Shown here piece after piece: positions 57,422-64,000 of a DNA stretch of 64,000 nucleotides; position 1 is the first letter of the stretch, and every line of letters begins with the position of its first letter. The DNA is from a bacterium (GTDB lineage: Bacteria > Patescibacteriota > Patescibacteriia > SBBB01). Made by a program: the position numbers and the translations under genes. The notes beneath the pieces are model-generated. The model made no database searches, was not told where the DNA came from, and worked only from the letters and a program-made list of their open reading frames with translations. Where the stretch lies: NCBI GenBank assembly GCA_005239895.1, contig SBBB01000025.1, positions 8,980 through 72,979 on the forward strand, given 5' to 3'.

Positions 57422-59164
57422 ATGAAATCGGAAATACAAAAATTTTTCAAAGGAGAAGTAGAAGACGGAGAGGAAGTGTTAAAACAGTACTCTCGTGATG
57501 CTAGTATTTTTGAAATAAAACCCAAGTTGGTTCTTTTTCCACTAGATTCGGAGGATGTTAAGAATTTGGTTAAGTGGGTGTCTCAAAACAAGGAAAAATA
57601 TAAAGATATAGCTATTACTGCTCGTTGTGCTGGGACCTGTATGTCTGGAGGCTCTATTGGGGAATCTATAATCCTGGATTTTACCAGGCATATGAATAAA
57701 TTGATTAATTTTTGTCCAGAATCAAAATCTATTACTGTTCAGCCTGGAATGTTTTATCGAGATTTTGAAAAAATTACCTTAGCTGAAGGGTTAGTGTTGC
57801 CCTGTTATACTGCAGCCAAAAATATCAATGCCATGGGTGGAATGTTTGGCAATAATTCAGCCGGAGAAAAAAGCTTGAAATATGGACAAACCAATGACTA
57901 TATTTTAGAAACCAAGGTTGTTTTTGCTGATGGCAACGAATATTTTGTCGGAATGTTATCAATGTGCGAATTAAGAGAAAAAATTAACACAGAGAATTTT
58001 GAGTCCAGAATTTATAAAAATATTTCCGAGTTGATTAATAATCACAAACAAGAAATTGAAAATGCTAAACCAAAAGTGTCCAAAAATTCTGCAGGATATT
58101 ATATTTGGAACGTACTGCGATTTAGTAGAAGCGCGTGCGGAATATTAAACCACACAGCGATTCCAACCAAGGAAACAAACCATGATTACTCTTTTGATTT
58201 AAATCAGTTACTGGTTGGCTCTCAGGGAACTTTGGGCATAATTACGGAAATTACTTTCAAACTGGTTCCTAGGGCTAAATATGCCAGATTGGTTGTTGTC
58301 TCTTTAAATAGTTTGGACCGTTTAGGTGAATTAGTGGATAAAATTTTAGAATTAAAACCTGACACTCTAGAAACGTACGATGACCAAACCGTAAAATTAG
58401 CAGGTAAATTTTTTGGAGATTTCTTAAAAAACAAAAACATTATTGGAAAAATTAAATTTTTATGGCATTTTTTGCCAGAATTTAAAATGATGCTAAAAAA
58501 CGATTTTCCCAAACTAACCCTTTTGGTTAAATTCGACGGGACCGATAAATCAGAGCTTGAACAGTCCTGTTTAGAATTAAAAGGAAAAATTCAGGATTTT
58601 AAAGTTAAAGTTCATTTTAGTAAATCAGAAAGCGAGTCAAATAAATATTGGGATATTAGAAGAGAAAGCTTTAACCTTTTGCGCAAACATACCCAAGGAA
58701 GGCACACAGCTCCTTTTATTGAAGATATTATTGTTCGGCCTGAGTTTTTACCTGAGTTTTTACCTGAATTGAATAAAATTTTAAACAAATATAATTTACT
58801 TTATACTATTGCTGGTCACGCTGGAAATGGTAATTTTCATATCATCCCTTTAATGGATTTTTCACGCCCTGATATTAATAAAATTATTATGGAGTTATCT
58901 GAGGAAGTATTTAGTTTAGTAGTTAAATATCAAGGATCTTTAGCAGCAGAACATAATGATGGTATTATTCGTACACCTTTTTTAAATAAAATGTATAATC
59001 AAAAAATGCTCGATATTTTTTTAAATATTAAAAATATTTTTGATTCTAGTAATATTTTTAACCCAGGGAAAAAAGTTATTTCATCTGATGTTACAATCTA
59101 TAATTGCAAGGAATACATTACATCACGTATTGCCACAGATCATAAAGCTAGTCACAGTTGTTAG
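57422..59164 (+). CDS. FAD-binding oxidoreductase (GlcD/D-lactate dehydrogenase family)
   Basis: YSRDAS, R.AGT.MSG, GSQGTLG, GHAGNGNFH, AEHNDG, FNPGK. Confidence 0.9.
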   Translation: MKSEIQKFFKGEVEDGEEVLKQYSRDASIFEIKPKLVLFPLDSEDVKNLVKWVSQNKEKYKDIAITARCAGTCMSGGSIGESIILDFTRHMNKLINFCPESKSITVQPGMFYRDFEKITLAEGLVLPCYTAAKNINAMGGMFGNNSAGEKSLKYGQTNDYILETKVVFADGNEYFVGMLSMCELREKINTENFESRIYKNISELINNHKQEIENAKPKVSKNSAGYYIWNVLRFSRSACGILNHTAIPTKETNHDYSFDLNQLLVGSQGTLGIITEITFKLVPRAKYARLVVVSLNSLDRLGELVDKILELKPDTLETYDDQTVKLAGKFFGDFLKNKNIIGKIKFLWHFLPEFKMMLKNDFPKLTLLVKFDGTDKSELEQSCLELKGKIQDFKVKVHFSKSESESNKYWDIRRESFNLLRKHTQGRHTAPFIEDIIVRPEFLPEFLPELNKILNKYNLLYTIAGHAGNGNFHIIPLMDFSRPDINKIIMELSEEVFSLVVKYQGSLAAEHNDGIIRTPFLNKMYNQKMLDIFLNIKNIFDSSNIFNPGKKVISSDVTIYNCKEYITSRIATDHKASHSC

Positions 59165-59169
59165 TAATA

Positions 59170-59195
59170 CTACTTAGTCGCCTTGCCACTAAGTG
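59170..59195. repeat. ACTTAGT hairpin family member
   Basis: CTACTTAGTCGCCTTGCCACTAAGTG; first 25 nt identical to 34495-34519. Confidence 0.85.
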
Positions 59196-59273
59196 CAAAA
59201 CAAGCCGTTAGTCGTAATAATGACTGCGGCTTTATTATAAAGAAATGATTTGCTGTTTTAGGCAAGGATATAT

Positions 59274-59579
59274 TTACCCTCGCACGATCAGCACAGCGAT
59301 AACGGCAATACTGAGAGAAACAGTAACCAGCATAGCCCAGAATAGTGACGAACTTCGCGTTCGAACCCCTTCCAGAATTAATGCTGTTTGTATACCAGCA
59401 AAAATGCACCAGGTAATAGTAGAATTACCTTCGACACTAGGAGCAGTGACAACCCTCCACAACTGCACCATATTTGCTATAGGGTTGAGAAAAAGAGTAA
59501 AAGTAATCGCTAACTTAAAAAACCTGTGTTCCAAGAACTTGCTCCATTTTAGATGTAAGATGTCAACTGTACTCACCAT
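59274..59579 (-). CDS. PQ-loop/SemiSWEET-like three-TM protein
   Basis: AAGGAGG RBS; Q.....T..SVEG.S..TW pattern and three TM helices. Confidence 0.6.
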   Translation of the reverse strand: MVSTVDILHLKWSKFLEHRFFKLAITFTLFLNPIANMVQLWRVVTAPSVEGNSTITWCIFAGIQTALILEGVRTRSSSLFWAMLVTVSLSIAVIAVLIVRG

Positions 59580-59661
59580 GGCCTCCTTTTTTGTTTTTGT
59601 TTGCGACAGTTCAACAACCTGTGAACATTAAAGTAACATAATTAGCATTAATTGTCAAGAT

Positions 59662-60774
59662 TTAACTTATTAACGCGGCGTAAGTTTCTTGAGCGCATTT
59701 TTCCCAGCTAAAGTTTTGAGCTATTTGTAATCCTTCCTGCGTAATTTTATTGCGTAAAATATCATCCGATGTTATTTGAACCATGGCATTAGCTATTTCT
59801 TCCGGATTATAAGGGTCTATTAAAATTGCGGCGTTTTTTACTAATTCTTTACAAGGTTGAATATTAGATGTAATTATAGGTACCCCGCAGCGCATGGCTT
59901 GTAATAATGGGAATCCAAAACCTTCGTAAAAACTTGGAAATAATAGAGCACTGGCTTGATTTAATAAATAAGGCATATCATCTTCAGGCATAAAACCTAA
60001 ATTAATAATATATTTTTGTAATTTATATTTAGAAATCATAACTTCAATCTCTGAATATCCAAAACCAGGATTGCCAATAAATACAATTGAAAAGCCTAGA
60101 TCAGATTTCTGTTTTAAAGTTAAAATATTTAACGCTTTTAAAATTCCTAAAATATTTTTCTTTTTTTCTAACCTGCCAATGCTTACAATATATTTTGTTT
60201 TTAAATTATATTTAGATTGAATATTTTGTAATGCAGTTTTGTTAGTAATAATTTTATAATCAGGATTAACACCGTGTGGGGCAACAGTGATTTTTCGGGG
60301 ATCACAATTATAATAACGAATTAATTCTTGTTTGGTGAAATTAGATGGTGCAATAATTTTAGTGGCATATTTGACAGCTCTACTTGTGGACCAGTTTTGA
60401 GATTTAACTTCAAGTTTTGTATAAAACTTCGGACAAGCTTTAAATCCTATATCATGAATAGTTATTACTCTATGTTTACTTTTGGTTAAAGGCAAAATAT
60501 GAGAAGGAGTAAAAAATATATCAGGAGGTCGGGTTGCTGTTTCATAAGACAAACGACCCAGGGTCCATAAGTGTTTAAATTTCCAGGACAAAATACGATT
60601 TTCAAAATTTAAAGGCAATGAAAAGTCTGTTTTCAAGGGTATGGTAGTGTACAAAAATACTTTATGTTTAGTAATGATTTTGGTAAAGGCCTTAATTAAA
60701 TAATAAGCATACCACTCAACTCCAGTCTTAAAGTATTTATTAAGAGCCGAAGCATCTATGCCTATAGATTGCAT
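59662..60774 (-). CDS. Glycosyltransferase family 4
   Basis: IGIDA, TIHD, GRLEKKKN, FPSFYEGFGFPLLQAM. Confidence 0.92.
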   Translation of the reverse strand: MQSIGIDASALNKYFKTGVEWYAYYLIKAFTKIITKHKVFLYTTIPLKTDFSLPLNFENRILSWKFKHLWTLGRLSYETATRPPDIFFTPSHILPLTKSKHRVITIHDIGFKACPKFYTKLEVKSQNWSTSRAVKYATKIIAPSNFTKQELIRYYNCDPRKITVAPHGVNPDYKIITNKTALQNIQSKYNLKTKYIVSIGRLEKKKNILGILKALNILTLKQKSDLGFSIVFIGNPGFGYSEIEVMISKYKLQKYIINLGFMPEDDMPYLLNQASALLFPSFYEGFGFPLLQAMRCGVPIITSNIQPCKELVKNAAILIDPYNPEEIANAMVQITSDDILRNKITQEGLQIAQNFSWEKCAQETYAALIS

Positions 60775-60782
60775 ATGTTTTT

Positions 60783-61790
60783 TTAACGTCCGCTTACTAA
60801 GCTTTTTTTGTAAATATGAAGATTTTCTAACGCAATTCCTGTGCCCTTAGCAACACATAAAATTGATTCATCGGCAATATAACTGAATACACCTGTGGCG
60901 CGGGCAATTAACTTGTCCATATTTCTAAGCAAAGAACTACCACCTGATAAAGCTATACCTTTTTCAATAATGTCTGCGGCTAATTCCGGGGGTGTGTTGG
61001 AAAATACTGATTTTACAGCGGCTATAATAGCATTAAGTTCATTTTGAATAGCATCGGTAATATCATCCGAAGTTATTTTAACAACCTTAGGTAAGCCCGT
61101 TACCATATCTCTGCCCCGCACTACCATTTCTAATTTTTGTTCTAAATACATGGCGGAACCAATTTTAATTTTAATATCTTCGGCTGTTCTTTCTCCAATC
61201 GCTAAATTATATTTCTTTTTTATAGCATCGGAAATTGCCGCGTCAAATTTAGTGCCTCCGACTCTAATTGAAGTTGAAGATACTATTCCACCTAAAGATA
61301 TCACGGCTATCTCAGATGTACCTCCCCCAATATCAATAATCATATAACCAGAGGGATTACCAATAGGTATGCCTGCTCCAATAGCAGCAGCAATAGGTTC
61401 TTTAATAATGTATGCGCAACGAGCGCCAGACATCATGGCCGCGTCAATTACCGCGCGTTTTTCAGTGGAAGTGATTCCAGCTGGTACAGCAATCATAACA
61501 TCGGGTTTAATAAATCTTATGCTACCCAAGGCTTTATTAATAAAATAGCGAAGCATGGCTTCGGTAACTTTATAATCAGCAATAACACCATCTTTCAATG
61601 GTCTCATAGCAATTATAGTGTCAGGGGTTCGTCCAATCATTTCTTTGGCTTCTATGCCCACGGCTAATACCCTGCGATCTAAGGTAGATATAGCCACTAC
61701 AGATGGTTCATTAATAATAATCCCCTTTCCGGGTACATGAATTAAGGTGTAAGTTGTGCCCAAATCAATTCCTATGGCTTTTATAAACAT
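60783..61790 (-). CDS. mreB: MreB paralog 2 (canonical motifs)
   Basis: GIDLGT, RPLKDGVIAD, KEPIAAAIG, DIGGGTSE. Confidence 0.95.
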   Translation of the reverse strand: MFIKAIGIDLGTTYTLIHVPGKGIIINEPSVVAISTLDRRVLAVGIEAKEMIGRTPDTIIAMRPLKDGVIADYKVTEAMLRYFINKALGSIRFIKPDVMIAVPAGITSTEKRAVIDAAMMSGARCAYIIKEPIAAAIGAGIPIGNPSGYMIIDIGGGTSEIAVISLGGIVSSTSIRVGGTKFDAAISDAIKKKYNLAIGERTAEDIKIKIGSAMYLEQKLEMVVRGRDMVTGLPKVVKITSDDITDAIQNELNAIIAAVKSVFSNTPPELAADIIEKGIALSGGSSLLRNMDKLIARATGVFSYIADESILCVAKGTGIALENLHIYKKSLVSGR

Positions 61791-61889
61791 ATCAATTATA
61801 CTAGCACATATTTAAGATCGTGTCTATATTAGTGTTTTTAAAATTATATTCAAGCCATAATTCAATGTTTTCATATTTTTAAAAAAACC

Positions 61890-61918
61890 AATGTTTAGGA
61901 GTTGAACTCCTAAACATT
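61890..61918. repeat. ATGTTT hairpin family member
   Basis: Identical to 16088-16116. Confidence 0.85.
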
Positions 61919-62052
61919 TATTTTTATCACCTGCTGATTTTAGATTTGTTAAATATTTAAAGCTATATTATAATATAATGATATATGGTATAATATAATT
62001 ATATATGGAAGTGGTCGAGCCATGTTTATTTTTTTAATTTTTAAATATAAAT

Positions 62053-62625
62053 ATGATTAAATACAGGTCGTTCCTAAGTATAATCTTAATGGCGGTGTTT
62101 GTTTTGGGTTCAATTAATATTGTATCTGCGGCTGATGAATCAGTAACACCAAGTAGTCCTGCGGTTACAGACACTACAACACAATCCGCGCCTATAATGA
62201 AGGATGATAAAAGTTTACTACCAACAACCAAGACTAATAAAAAACAAAAAAACAGAAGAAAAAAGATGAGTGCTGAAGCCGAAGCTGACAAAAAAACAGA
62301 AATTAATATTACCTGTATACAAAACGCAATTGATAAACGTGATACAGCGATTATTGTATCTGTAGATACGTATTTGTCTAAAATAAAGACTGCTTTTGAA
62401 ACCCGTCGTTCAGAATTAAAAGCAGCCTGGGCTTTAGCAGAAAAGAAAGAAAGAGGTATGGCGATTAAAGATGCTTGGACTAATTTTAAAGAAAAGAAAC
62501 TAACAGCTAGAAAAGATGTGGATGATGGTCGTAAACAAGCCTGGAATGATTTTAACGCTGAGCGTAAGAATTGCGGTTTAAGTGATGGTGAAGGTAATAA
62601 AAGCAGCGGATTAGATAAATTATAG
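62053..62625 (+). CDS. Secreted helical hypothetical protein
   Basis: Signal peptide (VSA-AD); C..A..KR...AW...AW..F...C pattern. Confidence 0.7.
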   Translation: MIKYRSFLSIILMAVFVLGSINIVSAADESVTPSSPAVTDTTTQSAPIMKDDKSLLPTTKTNKKQKNRRKKMSAEAEADKKTEINITCIQNAIDKRDTAIIVSVDTYLSKIKTAFETRRSELKAAWALAEKKERGMAIKDAWTNFKEKKLTARKDVDDGRKQAWNDFNAERKNCGLSDGEGNKSSGLDKL

Positions 62626-62655
62626 ATTTTAATTCCGACTTAGATTGTTTGATTA

Positions 62656-62689
62656 AAAAGGTTAGATGTTTTAAAACATCTAACTTTTT
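62656..62689. terminator. Bidirectional intrinsic terminator
   Basis: AAAAAGGTTAGATG...CATCTAACTTTTTT between convergent genes. Confidence 0.65.
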
Positions 62690-62701
62690 TAGTATCAGCA
62701 T

Positions 62702-64000
62702 TTATTCTGCCACTCCAAAAACTTCTTCCACCGAAGTAATCGCGTCTAAAGCTTTTAATAAACCATCTTGAGCCATGGATATCATGCCAAACTTTACAGC
62801 TATATCTTTTAAGACGTATTCGGAAATATTGCCCGAAAGAATTATTTTTTCTATTTCTTGGTTCATAGAAAAAATTTCATAAATACCTAATCTACCCTTG
62901 TAACCCAATCCTTGACAAGTATCACACTTGCCAGGTCCATAAAATTTCCAGGAATTTTTATCGGGCACAGTTTCTCCTGAATTACTTGGTATGGTTGTTA
63001 ATAAGGTTTCAATTTTTTTTAGGGTATCCGCGTCCTCTATTTTAATTTCTTGTTTACAATTTTTACATAATTTTCTAATTAATCTCTGACCGATAATAGT
63101 TCGTAAAGATGGAGCTAGTAAAAACGGTTTACAACCCATGGCTAAAAATCTAGGAATAGCAGCGGGGGCGCTATTAGTGTGAATTGTAGATAAAACCAAA
63201 TGACCGGTAAGCGCCGCGTTCACGGCTGTCTCCGCTGTTTCTAAATCACGAATCTCACCAACCATAACCACATCGGGATCTTGTCTTAAAATAGAGCGTA
63301 AACCACTAGCAAAAGTGTAATCTTTGCTAGCATCAACTTGACTTTGGATAATGCCATCAAGTTTATATTCAATAGGATCTTCGAGAGTGATAATTTTAAT
63401 ATCCGGATTATTTAATTTGTTTAATATGGCGTATAAAGTTGTGGTTTTTCCAGAACCAGTTGGTCCGGTGGTGATAATCATACCATTGGTGGAATTAACA
63501 ATTGCGTTACGTAAATCGTGTTCAGCCTTGCCACGCACACCCAAAGCCTCAAACTGAATATTTACAGACCCAGACATTAAAAATCTCATTACCACGCTTT
63601 CTCCGTAACTAGTTGGCAGGGTTGAGACCCTAACACCAACTTTTTCTGTGCTTAAATGAATTGTAAAACGTCCATCTTGAGGACGACTCGTAACATTTAG
63701 TTTTAAACTAGATAATAATTTTAAGCGGGAAATAATTTTAGGCCATAATTTTTTTTCAATTCTAGCTACAATATATAAGATACCATCTATTCTAAAACGT
63801 ATAACTATATCTTGATCTTCAGCTTCAATATGAATATCTGAAATGTGTAGTTTAATAGCCGCCGCAACTATTATGGTTATAAGCGTGGTTGCGGATGTAG
63901 ATTTTTGCATCAAAGCTTCCAACTCTTTTAGGTTGGAAAAACTATTTTGGTATTTGATTAATTCGTCTTCTTTGATTTGTATGCCCTCTACCCTATCCTT
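62702..64000 (-). CDS. pilB: Type IV pilus/T2SS assembly ATPase (PilB/GspE); 5'-truncated by window edge
   Basis: SDIHIE, PQDGR, GPTGSGKTT, EDPIE, LRQDPD..GEIRD, TGH..STIH, two CxxC; frame open to 64000. Confidence 0.92.
   Translation of the reverse strand, partial: KDRVEGIQIKEDELIKYQNSFSNLKELEALMQKSTSATTLITIIVAAAIKLHISDIHIEAEDQDIVIRFRIDGILYIVARIEKKLWPKIISRLKLLSSLKLNVTSRPQDGRFTIHLSTEKVGVRVSTLPTSYGESVVMRFLMSGSVNIQFEALGVRGKAEHDLRNAIVNSTNGMIITTGPTGSGKTTTLYAILNKLNNPDIKIITLEDPIEYKLDGIIQSQVDASKDYTFASGLRSILRQDPDVVMVGEIRDLETAETAVNAALTGHLVLSTIHTNSAPAAIPRFLAMGCKPFLLAPSLRTIIGQRLIRKLCKNCKQEIKIEDADTLKKIETLLTTIPSNSGETVPDKNSWKFYGPGKCDTCQGLGYKGRLGIYEIFSMNQEIEKIILSGNISEYVLKDIAVKFGMISMAQDGLLKALDAITSVEEVFGVAE

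Noticed and set aside
58739-58767. 12-bp tandem repeat CCTGAGTTTTTA (PEFL x2)
   Set aside because: In frame and consistent with ordinary helix sequence; no evidence of a function.
59170-59631. ORFs 59170-59409 and 59245-59631
   Set aside because: They shadow the RBS-supported membrane gene 59274-59579. Other antisense ORFs inside large genes were dismissed likewise.
1-64000. Alternative genetic code (TGA recoding)
   Set aside because: Conserved genes are full length under code 11, and TGA terminates ORFs (e.g. 25993).

Overview
AT-rich bacterial chromosomal window, most likely from a Patescibacteria/CPR (Parcubacteria-like) genome. This is inferred from the tandem TrbC/VirB2-like pilins, short EF-Ts, two MreBs, largely SD-less core genes and palindromic repeats; TGA is used as stop, so code 11. 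Housekeeping content: tyrS, thrS, trpS, a single-chain mitochondrial-type PheRS, gap-pgk-gpmI-mltG, tsf, a XerC/D recombinase, mreB-mreC-mreD-mrdA, trxB, wecA-like, mraY, ftsW, creD, a PilB ATPase, five complete tRNAs and one truncated tRNA. The most unusual signals are: (1) three small GIY-YIG genes tied to hairpin repeats, one inside a partially duplicated tRNA-Ser and one flanked by inverted REP-like repeats, with an internally deleted copy 23 kb away and several dispersed or nested hairpin families; (2) an organelle-type monomeric PheRS; (3) an orphan alternative 3' end of thrS between identical hairpins; (4) a seven-gene pilin array with mosaic identity tracts; (5) catalytically degenerate GpmI and MreB; (6) orphan genes with strong SD sites, contrasting with apparently leaderless core genes. 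All calls come from reading the sequence by eye; no database searches were run.
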